DNA of 64,000 bases from an uncultured Clostridia bacterium (lineage in GTDB: Bacteria; Bacillota; Clostridia; TANB77; CAG-508), in the NCBI GenBank assembly GCA_944392455.1, contig CALXWP010000006.1, positions 3,133 to 67,132 on the forward strand, written 5' to 3'. Made by a program: the position numbers and the translations under genes. The notes under the pieces are model-generated. The model was given only the letters and a program-made list of their open reading frames with translations. It did no database searches and was not told where the DNA came from. Shown here in pieces: positions 48,314 through 58,053 of this stretch; positions within the stretch are counted from its first letter, which is position 1; every line of letters begins with the position of its first letter.

Positions 48314-49600
48314 TTATTTTTTAGGAACTAATTTATCTATTCCACCCATATATGGTCTTAACACTTCAGGAATATTTATACTTCCATCTTCATTATAGTT
48401 ATTTTCTAAAAATGCAATTAGCATACGAGGTGGAGCAACTACAGTATTGTTTAAAGTATGTGCATAATAGTTTCCTTTTTCACCTTTTATTCTAATTCCT
48501 AAACGTCTTGCTTGAGCATCTGTTAAGTTTGAACAACTTCCAACTTCAAAGTATTTTTGTTGCCTTGGACTCCATGCTTCAACATCACAGCTTTTAGCTT
48601 TAAGATCTGCTAAATCTCCACTACAGCATTCAAGTGTACGAACAGGAATATCCATACTTCTAAATAATTCTACAGTATATGACCATAGTTTATCATACCA
48701 TTTCCAACTATCTTCAGGTTCGCATACAACAATCATTTCTTGTTTTTCAAATTGATGAATACGATATACTCCACGTTCTTCTATACCATGAGCTCCTTTT
48801 TCTTTTCTAAAACAAGGTGAATAAGATGTCATAGTATATGGCATATCAGCTTTTTGCAGGATCTGTCCTTTGAATTTACCTATCATTGAATGTTCACTAG
48901 TACCAATTAAGTAAAGATCTTCACCTTCAATTTTATACATCATAGCATCCATTTCCTCAAAACTCATTACACCTGTAACGACATCACTACGAATCATAAA
49001 AGGTGGAATGCAATAAGTAAATCCTTTGTTAATCATAAAATCTCTTGCATATGAAAGTATTGCTGAATGTAATCTTGCAACATTACCCATTAAGTAGTAG
49101 AAACCATTTCCAGCAACTCTACGAGCAGAATCTAAATCTAAACCATCTAAGCTTTCCATTATATCAGCATGATAAGAAACCTCATAATCTGGAACAACAG
49201 GTTCACCAAATTTTTCTATTTCAACATTTTTACTATCGTTTTCACCAATTGGAACTGAATCATGAATTATATTAGGTATTTTCATCATTCTTTCTGTTAT
49301 TGCTTCTGAATATTCATTTTCTAATTTTTCATTTTCTGAAAGTTCGCTATTGATTTTTTGAACTTCTGCTTTTATTTTTTCTGCTTCATCTTTTTTGCCA
49401 GATTTCATCAAATTACCGATTTCAGAACTTAATGAATTTCTTTTCATTCTAAGTTCATCACCTTTTAATTTTGCTTCTCTGTTTTTTTGATCAAGATCTA
49501 ATACTTCATCAACTAAAACAAGTTTATGATCTTGAAATTTTTTCTTAATGTTTTCTTTTACAACATCAGGATTTTCTCTTAAAAACTTAATGTCTATCAT
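48314..49600 (-). CDS. serS: Serine--tRNA ligase
   Basis: N-terminal coiled-coil arm; class-II motifs; MIDIKFLRENPD start. Confidence 0.95.
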   Translation of the reverse strand: MIDIKFLRENPDVVKENIKKKFQDHKLVLVDEVLDLDQKNREAKLKGDELRMKRNSLSSEIGNLMKSGKKDEAEKIKAEVQKINSELSENEKLENEYSEAITERMMKIPNIIHDSVPIGENDSKNVEIEKFGEPVVPDYEVSYHADIMESLDGLDLDSARRVAGNGFYYLMGNVARLHSAILSYARDFMINKGFTYCIPPFMIRSDVVTGVMSFEEMDAMMYKIEGEDLYLIGTSEHSMIGKFKGQILQKADMPYTMTSYSPCFRKEKGAHGIEERGVYRIHQFEKQEMIVVCEPEDSWKWYDKLWSYTVELFRSMDIPVRTLECCSGDLADLKAKSCDVEAWSPRQQKYFEVGSCSNLTDAQARRLGIRIKGEKGNYYAHTLNNTVVAPPRMLIAFLENNYNEDGSINIPEVLRPYMGGIDKLVPKK

Positions 49601-49611
49601 AAAAACTCCTC

Positions 49612-49935
49612 CTTACAATATATATTTAAAATTAATATACTAAAATAATATAATGAAAAATAAAACATTTTATTAATTTGATTTGTTTTATTATAAATAC
49701 AAAAATCGCCCTTATACTTTATATAAGGACGAATATACTCCGCGGTGCCACCTTAATTAATCAAAAATTGACATCTCTAAAATGCTTATAACCTAGCATC
49801 ACACGGTTTTACTTTCATAAAAAAACTCTAAAAGTAGATTCGCATAATATTTTAAACTATTTACACCAACCATAGTCTCTCTATATAAAATTAATTATGT
49901 TACTATTCTTTTATCAAATGTTTATCAATATTAAT
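49612..49935 (-). promoter_or_regulatory. T-box riboswitch leader of serS
   Basis: Revcomp of 49737-49758 = AATTAAGGTGGCACCGCGGAG (T-box consensus AATTAGGGTGGNACCGCG); terminator hairpin 49700-49731 (cgcccttata..tataaggacg) followed by a U-tract on the minus strand. Confidence 0.8.
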
Positions 49936-50043
49936 AATGATAATATTTTACCACCAAATAAAAAAAATATCAAGAAAAATTTACTAAAATGTGGATATAT
50001 GGATAGAATAATAATGATTTTGTTAAAAGGTGGTAATTAATTT

Positions 50044-50877
50044 ATGATAAAAGAATTTATACTATTTTTTATTTACTCAATTTTAATTGTTTTAATTTCA
50101 AAATATGTTTTAATAAAAGTTTTAAGAAATATTGCAGAAAATTTAGAATTAAAACCGAAAACAATTGGTAATATTGCAGGCTTTACTACATCTGTACCAG
50201 AACTTCTTACAGTTTCTTTTTCTGCAGCAACAGGCTTTTTTAATACAGCAATATTTAATGTGTTGAGTTCTAATATAATAAATTTAATTCAATATATTAC
50301 TACAATAGTTATAAATAAAAATCAAAGAAAGCTAAGAAACAAAGCAATTAAAATAGATCTTCTTCTTGTGATTGTAACTATTATTATTCCAATTATAATT
50401 TTTTTTCTTAACATTCAAATTAATACTATTTATATTTTATTGTTTATAATATTATTTTATATATTTAATAAAATTAGTAAAAATGCTCATAAATTATATA
50501 CCCAAAAAGGTATAAAAGATATTGAAAAAATAAATGAAAAAAGAAATAGGAAATATTCTAAAAAAGATTTATTTATTAATATAGTTATACTAATATTATC
50601 TGCAATTGGATTATATTTTATTGGAAATTTATTGGGTAATACTTTAGAAATATTATGCGAGAAATTGAATGTGCAAGAATTTATAGTAGGAATATTGCTT
50701 GGCATGATTACAAGTATTCCTGAATTTATTACATTTTTTGAATCTCAAAAACACCATAAAGATAAAACATCACATGAAGGAATTATTGAAGCTACAAGTA
50801 ATTTACTATTTTCTAATATGATGAATTTGTTTATAATTCAGTCAGTTGGAATAATTCTATTTCTAATATTTGCATAA
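50044..50877 (+). CDS. CaCA-family cation/Ca2+ antiporter (YrbG-like)
   Basis: Two alpha-repeats GNIAGFTTSVPELLTVSFSA and GILLGMITSIPEFITFFES. Confidence 0.7.
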   Translation: MIKEFILFFIYSILIVLISKYVLIKVLRNIAENLELKPKTIGNIAGFTTSVPELLTVSFSAATGFFNTAIFNVLSSNIINLIQYITTIVINKNQRKLRNKAIKIDLLLVIVTIIIPIIIFFLNIQINTIYILLFIILFYIFNKISKNAHKLYTQKGIKDIEKINEKRNRKYSKKDLFINIVILILSAIGLYFIGNLLGNTLEILCEKLNVQEFIVGILLGMITSIPEFITFFESQKHHKDKTSHEGIIEATSNLLFSNMMNLFIIQSVGIILFLIFA

Positions 50878-50939
50878 AATGAATAAATTTACATGAATTA
50901 GAATAAAATAATATAAATTATAAATATATTGGAGGATAT

Positions 50940-51212
50940 ATGTACGAGAAATATATTAGAGAAGAAAAGATAGAAGACAAGTCTGAGGATGAGAAAAACT
51001 TAGAATTAATAGTAAGCATTATAAAAACAAAGAATGAATTAGATAGCGCACATAAAAATTTTGAATTTGCAGAAGAAGGGCTTATAGATTATTATTCATA
51101 TCAAATAAAAGCAAATCAAACTAAATTAGATTATTTAATGAAAAAGGCACAGAAAAAAGGGATTGTATTAGATATGATAAATGAAATATATATAAGAAAA
51201 AACAAAGCTTAA
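50940..51212 (+). CDS. Small sporulation-associated protein, YaaL-like (DUF2508-like)
   Basis: Size, charge pattern and position immediately upstream of bofA, as with yaaL-bofA in Bacillus. Confidence 0.4.
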   Translation: MYEKYIREEKIEDKSEDEKNLELIVSIIKTKNELDSAHKNFEFAEEGLIDYYSYQIKANQTKLDYLMKKAQKKGIVLDMINEIYIRKNKA

Positions 51213-51273
51213 TTAAACATAAAGAATATTTGTCCATAAATAAACATATTAATTATAAAGAGGTGTTTTATTT

Positions 51274-51555
51274 ATGGACTTTAATACAATAGGAACTTTT
51301 ATTATTTGTATAATTTTATTATTTATTTTGGGAAAGATATTTATTTTGCCATTAAAAAATATATTAAAATTAGTATTTAATTCAATTCTAGGAGGATTAC
51401 TTATATATTTAATAAATATAATTGGGATGAATTTTGGATTTCATATAGGACTGAATTTATTAACTTCTGTATTGGTGGGAATATTAGGTATACCCGGAGC
51501 AATTTTGCTAGTTATATTAAAAGTAATCATTCGGCTAAATGATATTAAAAAATAA
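51274..51555 (+). CDS. bofA: Pro-sigmaK processing inhibitor BofA
   Basis: ~90-aa two-TM protein with the ...GLNLLTSVLVGILGIPGAILLVIL... BofA pattern. Confidence 0.75.
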   Translation: MDFNTIGTFIICIILLFILGKIFILPLKNILKLVFNSILGGLLIYLINIIGMNFGFHIGLNLLTSVLVGILGIPGAILLVILKVIIRLNDIKK

Positions 51556-51620
51556 ATATTGTATTTTATAAAGTTCTATGATATTCTTAAATTAGTAAAA
51601 ATAATAAGGAATGTATTGAT

Positions 51621-52700
51621 ATGTTAAAGAAAATATACAAATTAGGGGAATTAGCATTATTTAACCAAGTTAAAGAACAAGAAATGGAAAAGCATAAGTT
51701 AATAGATTTATTTTGGGAATGTACACTTACTTGTAATGCTAAATGTAAACATTGTGGAAGTAGTGCAGAAAAGAAAAAATATGATGGTGAACTTACTACA
51801 GATGAAATAAAAAATGCTTTTAAACAGATAGCTAATGATATGAATGCAAATGAAATTCTAATAAATGTAACTGGTGGAGAGCCACTAGTAAGAAAAGACT
51901 TATGTGAAGTAATGGAATATGCAACAAATGAATTAGGATTTAGATGGGGAATGACAACAAATGGTATATTACTAACAGATGAAAATATTGAAAAATTAAA
52001 GAAAGCTAATATGGATACAATATCAATTAGTATAGATGGATTAGAAGAAACACATGATAAATTTAGAGGCGTTCCAGGCTCATATAAAATAATAATTAAT
52101 AATATAAAAAAATTAAAAGAAGCAAATTTTGTAAAACATATCCAAGTAACAACCGTTTTCCATAAAGAGAATATAAATCAAATGGAAGAATTATATAATA
52201 TAATGCTAAGTTTAGGATTAGATTCTTGGCGAGTTGTTTCAATGGATCCAATAGGAAGAGCAAACTTAAATGATGAATTATTACTAAATGGAGAAGAAAT
52301 AAAAAAGTTATTAGATTTTGTAAAATCAAAAAAGAAAGATAAAAGACTTGATGTTACATATGGATGTCCAAGTTTCTTAGGATTAGATTTTGAAAAAGAA
52401 GTTAGGAAAAGCTATTTTTATTGTAGAACAGGAATAAATGTAGCTAGTATATTATATAATGGTGACTTGTTTGTATGTCCCAATGTTCCAAGAAGGAAAG
52501 AACTTATTCAAGGAAATATAAGAAAAGACAATTTTAAAGAAGTATGGGAAAATAAATATAAGGAATTTAGAACAAAGAATAGAACTAAGTGTAAAGAATG
52601 TGAAGAATGTAAATATTGGGATTACTGTTTAGGTGGATCATATCATACATGGAACTTTGATGAAAATAGACAAAATAAATGTGTTTATAATATAATTTAA
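51621..52700 (+). CDS. Radical SAM enzyme with a C-terminal SPASM-type auxiliary Fe-S domain (AnSME/PqqE-like)
   Basis: CTLTCNAKCKHC (Cx3Cx2C) near the N-terminus; C-terminal C...G...C...CKECEECKYWDYC...C cysteine array. Confidence 0.75.
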   Translation: MLKKIYKLGELALFNQVKEQEMEKHKLIDLFWECTLTCNAKCKHCGSSAEKKKYDGELTTDEIKNAFKQIANDMNANEILINVTGGEPLVRKDLCEVMEYATNELGFRWGMTTNGILLTDENIEKLKKANMDTISISIDGLEETHDKFRGVPGSYKIIINNIKKLKEANFVKHIQVTTVFHKENINQMEELYNIMLSLGLDSWRVVSMDPIGRANLNDELLLNGEEIKKLLDFVKSKKKDKRLDVTYGCPSFLGLDFEKEVRKSYFYCRTGINVASILYNGDLFVCPNVPRRKELIQGNIRKDNFKEVWENKYKEFRTKNRTKCKECEECKYWDYCLGGSYHTWNFDENRQNKCVYNII

Positions 52701-52735
52701 TATGTAATAATAATATAAAAGAGAAGGAGTAACAA

Positions 52736-53071
52736 ATGAAAATATTAAATAAAATTAAAAAAGTATTTGTAGGAATTGGTATTTTTTTCATTACTATTTA
52801 CACGAAAGTATTAGCTGCAAGTAATTCATTAGAGACACAATTGATGTATGGGGTTCCATCAGATCAGAATGCTCCAATTAATGTAAGAGAAAATTTGTTG
52901 AGAATGCTTGGACTTTTATTAATACCACTAATTACGATTATAATTGGAGCTATAATTTACTGGAGAAAGAGTAAAAGCAGTAATAAAATAAAAATAGTAA
53001 CACTAGCATTAATAATAGTAGTATTAATAATTTTTTTAATGATTTATATAAAATTGAAAAATAATTTATAA
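52736..53071 (+). CDS. Small membrane protein with a signal-peptide-like N-terminus and two C-terminal TM helices, immediately downstream of the rSAM gene
   Basis: RBS agaaggag; MKILNKIKKVFVGIGIFFITIYTKVLAASN... Confidence 0.45.
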   Translation: MKILNKIKKVFVGIGIFFITIYTKVLAASNSLETQLMYGVPSDQNAPINVRENLLRMLGLLLIPLITIIIGAIIYWRKSKSSNKIKIVTLALIIVVLIIFLMIYIKLKNNL

Positions 53072-53085
53072 ATTAGAAAAATTAA

Positions 53086-53120
53086 AATGAGTAAAGTAGT
53101 AGGCTTTACTCATTTTTCTA
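53086..53120. terminator. Terminator
   Basis: aatgagtaaag tagtaggc tttactcatt + tttct. Confidence 0.75.
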
Positions 53121-53253
53121 TATATTCTATATTATTTTTATTTTCTTATTCTATGTTAAATTTTATCTATATTTAATCTTTAGTATTTTTATATTAAAAA
53201 AGCTTTCTTTAGTTAAAATATTTTTATGTTAAAATAAATTATTTGATTTATTC

Positions 53254-55107
53254 TTATTCAACTGTTACTGATTTTGCGAGATTTCTTGGCTTATCAACAT
53301 CTAAACCTTTAAATTTAGAAATGTAATAAGAAAGAAGTTGCATAGGTATAACAGATAAAATAGGTGAAATAAGAGGATTTGTTTCAGGTATAGTTAAAAC
53401 ATAATCAAAATGTCCATTAGGAATTATTTGATTTGTAATAATCAATGTTTTTGCTCCTCTTGTAATAACTTCTTGAATATTACTAATAGACTTTTCAACT
53501 AGATCTGGATTAGTAATAATTCCTATAACCGTAACACCATTTTCTATAAGTGCTATAGGTCCATGTTTTAATTCTCCTGCTGCATATGCCTCTGAATGAA
53601 TATATGATATTTCTTTTAATTTTAGAGATCCTTCTAATGCAACATTATAATCTGTTCCTCTTCCTAAGAAAAACATATCTTTTTCGGTATATATTTTTTT
53701 TGCAAAGTTCTTTATTTCATCAGTATTTGCTAAGATTTGTTCTATTTTTGATGGTAAATCTATTAAATCCGATTTTAATTTTTCGATTTCAGATTCACTT
53801 GAAGTACCAAGAATTTCTGCAAAATACATAGCTAATATAGCAACTAAAGCAACTTGAGATGTATATGCTTTAGTTGAAGCAACAGCGATTTCTGGGCCTG
53901 CGTGAGTATAGATTGAATAATCAGCTTCTCTTGTTATAGAGCTTCCTATAACATTTGAAATTGCAAGAGTTTTAGCACCATGTGATTTAGCAAGTTTTAA
54001 TGCAGCTATTGTATCTGCAGTTTCTCCAGATTGACTTATATAAATACATAAAGTATGTTCATCAATAATTGGGTTTCTGTATCTAAATTCAGAAGCTATA
54101 TCAACTTCTGTTGGGATCTTGCAAAGATTTTCCATTAGAGCTTTACCAACTAATCCTGCATGCCACGCTGTACCACAAGCAACAAAGAATATTCTATTAA
54201 CACTAGATAAATATTCTTTAGTAATATCTATATCATGAAAAGAACATTTTTCACCTAATTTAAATCTAGAACCGATAGTTTCTCTAATTGCAGTAGGTTG
54301 TTCATTTATTTCTTTTAACATATAGTCTTCATATCCATCTTTACCTGCAGCATTGGCATCCCATTCTATATTTTTAATAGCCTTATTATGTTCAATTAAA
54401 CTATTATCAAAAAATCTAACTTTGTTTTTAGATACAACTGCAAATTCATTATCATCTAGTAAATAGAAGTCTTTGGTGTGTGTTAAGATAGCAGGAATAT
54501 CTGAAGCTATAAAGTTTTCACTTTTACCTTTTCCAATAACAAGTGGACTATCTTTTCTAACAACTATTATTTCGTTAGGGCAAATAGGAGAAATAGCTTC
54601 TATTGCATAACTTCCCTTTAAATCATTAACAGCTGATTTAACAGCACCCAAAAATCTTTCATTTATATTTTCTAGTATTGATACAGGACCATTAGTATAA
54701 TAGTAATGAATTAAGTTAGGAATGACTTCTGTATCAGTTTGGGATAGAAAATTATATCCATTTTTGCTTAAGAATTCTCTTAATTCAGAATAATTTTCTA
54801 TAATACCATTATGTACAACAGCAAAAGTATTGCTATTATCCATGTGTGGATGAGAGTTTTCTTTTGATGGTTTACCATGTGTAGCCCATCTTGTATGAGC
54901 AATTCCAACAGTACCTTCTAGATCATTTATACCTTCTAAATTATATAAATTATTAACTCTTCCTTTGTCTTTCATGACTTTTATTGAATCATTTTCAATA
55001 GTTGCAATTCCAGCAGAGTCATAACCTCTATATTCTAGACATAAAAGTCCGTCTATTAGTACTGGAGTTGCCTTTTTATTACCTATGTATCCTACGATAC
55101 CACACAT
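53254..55107 (-). CDS. glmS: Glutamine--fructose-6-phosphate aminotransferase (start MCGIVGY at 55107; the track ORF runs further upstream)
   Basis: N-terminal Cys nucleophile MCGIVGY; two SIS domains; RBS aaggaggt. Confidence 0.95.
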   Translation of the reverse strand: MCGIVGYIGNKKATPVLIDGLLCLEYRGYDSAGIATIENDSIKVMKDKGRVNNLYNLEGINDLEGTVGIAHTRWATHGKPSKENSHPHMDNSNTFAVVHNGIIENYSELREFLSKNGYNFLSQTDTEVIPNLIHYYYTNGPVSILENINERFLGAVKSAVNDLKGSYAIEAISPICPNEIIVVRKDSPLVIGKGKSENFIASDIPAILTHTKDFYLLDDNEFAVVSKNKVRFFDNSLIEHNKAIKNIEWDANAAGKDGYEDYMLKEINEQPTAIRETIGSRFKLGEKCSFHDIDITKEYLSSVNRIFFVACGTAWHAGLVGKALMENLCKIPTEVDIASEFRYRNPIIDEHTLCIYISQSGETADTIAALKLAKSHGAKTLAISNVIGSSITREADYSIYTHAGPEIAVASTKAYTSQVALVAILAMYFAEILGTSSESEIEKLKSDLIDLPSKIEQILANTDEIKNFAKKIYTEKDMFFLGRGTDYNVALEGSLKLKEISYIHSEAYAAGELKHGPIALIENGVTVIGIITNPDLVEKSISNIQEVITRGAKTLIITNQIIPNGHFDYVLTIPETNPLISPILSVIPMQLLSYYISKFKGLDVDKPRNLAKSVTVE

Positions 55108-55119
55108 AAAAAATACCTC

Positions 55120-55302
55120 CTTAAATATATTTAAGAAAGCACTACAAATAAAGATTACCCTACTAGTATTGTATTCTAATATTACTATTAGGTTTTGACT
55201 AGTATTTGTGGCAGTAATCCGATGCCAAGAAACCATCCGCCGAATATTTCGATAAAGTTTCTAACCTCGTCAACGTAAAATATACGTCCTGGCGCTTACA
55301 TT
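55120..55302 (-). ncRNA. glmS ribozyme (GlcN6P-sensing self-cleaving riboswitch) in the glmS 5' UTR
   Basis: Revcomp reads AAGCGCCAGGACG...GACGAGGTTAGAAACTTTATCGAAATATTCGGCGGATGGTTTCTTGGCATCGGATTACTGCCACAAATACTAGTCAAAACC, matching the conserved glmS ribozyme core. Confidence 0.9.
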
Positions 55303-55611
55303 AACAAAATTACACTCCTTTCCTTTTAAATTTTATATTTGTAAAGCATTTCTTAGTATATGGTAGTATATTACTATAAATTTGAAAATGTGTCAAATGA
55401 AAAACTAAATTGAAATTTAATACTATAAAAACATATAAAATCTAAGAAAAAGGTTGAAAAAACAATTGATTTAACAAAAACTTTAACAAATGACTTGTAA
55501 AATTGTAAAAAATATGCTAAAATAATTACCGTTAGAAAATAGCTTTGCTATTTTTCCTTACTTATGACACTTATGTTCATAGGTTATATATCCATGAGGA
55601 GGTGAAAGATA

Positions 55612-55890
55612 ATGAATAAATACGAGAGTGTTATCATTATTAATCCTAATGTTGAAGAAAACACATTAAAGGAATTAACAGAAAGATTTACAACATTAAT
55701 TAATAGTGATGGTAAAGTAGAACAAGTTAATGACTTAGGAAAGAAAAAATTAGCTTATGAAGTTAAGAAAAACAAAGAAGGATACTATGTAGTATTTGAT
55801 TTTGAGGCTAATCCAAGTCTAATAGCAGAACTTGAAAGAAATTACAGAATTACAGATGAAGTAATTAAATTTATAGTTGTAAAAAAATAA
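55612..55890 (+). CDS. rpsF: 30S ribosomal protein S6
   Basis: MNKYESVIIINPNVEE...EGYYVVFDFEA. Confidence 0.95.
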   Translation: MNKYESVIIINPNVEENTLKELTERFTTLINSDGKVEQVNDLGKKKLAYEVKKNKEGYYVVFDFEANPSLIAELERNYRITDEVIKFIVVKK

Positions 55891-55948
55891 ATACTATAAC
55901 CCTTAAATTCGGGGGCCTTTAATTTATGAAAGGTAAAAGGTGTAAAAT

Positions 55949-56377
55949 ATGAACAAAGTAATTTTAATGGGAAGATTAACAAGAGACCCAGAAGTAAGAT
56001 ACACACAAACAAGTAATACACTTGTAGCTTCTTTTAGCTTAGCAGTTAATAGAAGATTTGTAAAACAAGGTGAAGAAAGACAAGCAGACTTTATAAACAT
56101 AGTTGCTTGGGGAAAACTAGGAGAATTTTGTAGTAAATATTATAAAAAAGGTCAACAAGTAGGAATTATTGGTAGATTACAAACAAGAACTTGGGATGAT
56201 GATCAAGGTCAAAAACATTATGTTACAGAAGTTGTAGCAGAAGAAGCATATTTTGCAGATAGCAAAAGAGAAGGAGATGCAGGTGCATCAACATTTGATG
56301 CTACATTTGGTGCAATGCCAAATACTGGATCAAATTCAGATTTTGAAATATCTTCAGGTGATGATTTACCATTCTAG
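55949..56377 (+). CDS. ssb: Single-stranded DNA-binding protein
   Basis: OB fold MNKVILMGRLTRDPEVRYT... and acidic tail DDLPF. Confidence 0.95.
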   Translation: MNKVILMGRLTRDPEVRYTQTSNTLVASFSLAVNRRFVKQGEERQADFINIVAWGKLGEFCSKYYKKGQQVGIIGRLQTRTWDDDQGQKHYVTEVVAEEAYFADSKREGDAGASTFDATFGAMPNTGSNSDFEISSGDDLPF

Positions 56378-56466
56378 AAATAGAAAAACAAAATGAATTA
56401 AAATAGAAAATTAATAAGTAAAACTACTTAAACCTTATAAAATTAGTCAAGTAAGGGGGTAAGAAA

Positions 56467-56748
56467 ATGGCTGACAATAAGAAAAATAAGAGAAATAATA
56501 GAAATAATGCTGATAGTGATTATAATCCAAAATTTAGAAAAATGAGAAAGAAAGTATGTCCTTTATGTGCAGACAAAAACTTAGTATTAGATTATAAAAA
56601 TGCTGATCAAATAAAGAAATTTGTTAATGATAAAGGAAAAATACTTCCAAGAAGAGCAACAGGTGCATGTGCAAAGCATCAAAGAGATATAACATTAGCA
56701 GTAAAAAGAGCAAGACAAATAGCAGTATTACCATATACAGCTGAATAA
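56467..56748 (+). CDS. rpsR: 30S ribosomal protein S18 (with a short basic N-terminal extension)
   Basis: KVCPLCADK...[12 protein letters not shown]...[14 protein letters not shown]. Confidence 0.9.
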   Translation: MADNKKNKRNNRNNADSDYNPKFRKMRKKVCPLCADKNLVLDYKNADQIKKFVNDKGKILPRRATGACAKHQRDITLAVKRARQIAVLPYTAE

Positions 56749-56755
56749 TAAATAT

Positions 56756-56795
56756 AGGTGCCGGAACTAATTATAGTCCGACACCTTTTTTTCGA
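56756..56795 (+). terminator. Terminator after rpsR
   Basis: ggtgccgga actaattatag tccgacacc + tttttttcg. Confidence 0.7.
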
Positions 56796-56915
56796 TACCG
56801 AGAGGTTGGTCAAATTCCTGAAATAGAAATTGACGATGTAGATGCACTCATCAGCAGTGAAATAGCGGACACCATCAAGAAGCTTGAGATCCCGAACATT
56901 CATGCACCACAGTAA
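56778..56915 (+). other. GC-rich (~45%) start-less ORF fragment (...YREVGQIPEIEIDDVDALISSEIADTIKKLEIPNIHAPQ*), apparent 3' remnant of a foreign gene
   Basis: Open frame with no initiation codon and no RBS; composition shift. Confidence 0.4.
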
Positions 56916-57049
56916 ACTTGTACATATTATGTCAATTTAACTCGAAGTTAGAAAGATTAAAATAGTATCATAGAAAATAAAATATAGTGTTGTTTAAAAA
57001 TCACCAAAATAGTTAATAATATATACAATAAATATAAAGGGAGAGGTAT

Positions 57050-57907
57050 ATGAAAATAGGATTAGCTTTATCTGGTGGAGGAATACGAGGAATAGCACAT
57101 GCTGGTGTTTTAAAAGCATTAGAGGAAGATAATATAAAAATTGATATAATAGGTGGAACTAGCGCTGGAAGTATGGTGGCAAGTCTTTATGCAATAGGAT
57201 ATACCCCTGATGAAATATTTGAAAGTTTTTTAAGAAATCATTCTAAAATAATTGGAGATAATAAATTTAAAATATTTAATGGAATGAAACATTTTATAAG
57301 TAAAAATAAGAGAAGTAATGGTTTTAGAAATGGGAAAAATATAGAAGAAGTATTTGAAAAATTAGCACACATAAAAAATGTAGATAATATTAATGAGATA
57401 AAAATGCCTATAGTAATTCCAACGGTTGATATTATGGATTCAAAAGAATATATATTTACTAATTATATACCTGAAAAATTAGATAATAAAGAAAACAGAT
57501 ATATTAACAATATAAGTATTGGAGAAGCTATAAGAGCAAGTAGTAGTTTTCCAGCTATGTTTAATATATGCAATATAAATACACATTCATTTGTAGATGG
57601 AGGTGCTTTAGATAATATACCTGTTGGAGAAGTAAAAAAACAAGGCGCGGATAAAATTATTGCTATAAAATTTAAAGGAGATAAAATAAATGCAAATAGT
57701 AACTTCTTCGATATTATTATGAAAACTATTGATATAATGGGAAATAAAATAATAGAAAAAGACTTGGAAAAAAGTGATTATATTTTAGAGATAAATATAA
57801 ATGATATAGGATTATTTGATTCAAATAAAATAGAAAAATGTTTTGAAATAGGATATGAAACTATGAAGAAAAATCTAACTGAGTTAAAAAATATATTATA
57901 TTATTAA
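57050..57907 (+). CDS. Patatin-like phospholipase
   Basis: GGGIRG oxyanion motif, GTSAGS nucleophile, DGG catalytic Asp motif. Confidence 0.85.
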   Translation: MKIGLALSGGGIRGIAHAGVLKALEEDNIKIDIIGGTSAGSMVASLYAIGYTPDEIFESFLRNHSKIIGDNKFKIFNGMKHFISKNKRSNGFRNGKNIEEVFEKLAHIKNVDNINEIKMPIVIPTVDIMDSKEYIFTNYIPEKLDNKENRYINNISIGEAIRASSSFPAMFNICNINTHSFVDGGALDNIPVGEVKKQGADKIIAIKFKGDKINANSNFFDIIMKTIDIMGNKIIEKDLEKSDYILEININDIGLFDSNKIEKCFEIGYETMKKNLTELKNILYY

Positions 57908-58053
57908 ATAATATGAAGAGCTTATATAAATTTAGTAAAGTGTTTGATTTTACTTGATAAATAAGCTCTTTAAATATATAAATTTACATAAATATATTGA
58001 AAAAAAAAGTAAAAAATGGTATTATATTATAAGTTGCATGGAGGAAAAATTAA

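Noticed and set aside
56679-56903. 74-aa minus-strand ORF spanning the rpsR 3' end and the GC-rich remnant
   Set aside because: It is antisense to rpsR and crosses a terminator; it is not plausible as a gene.
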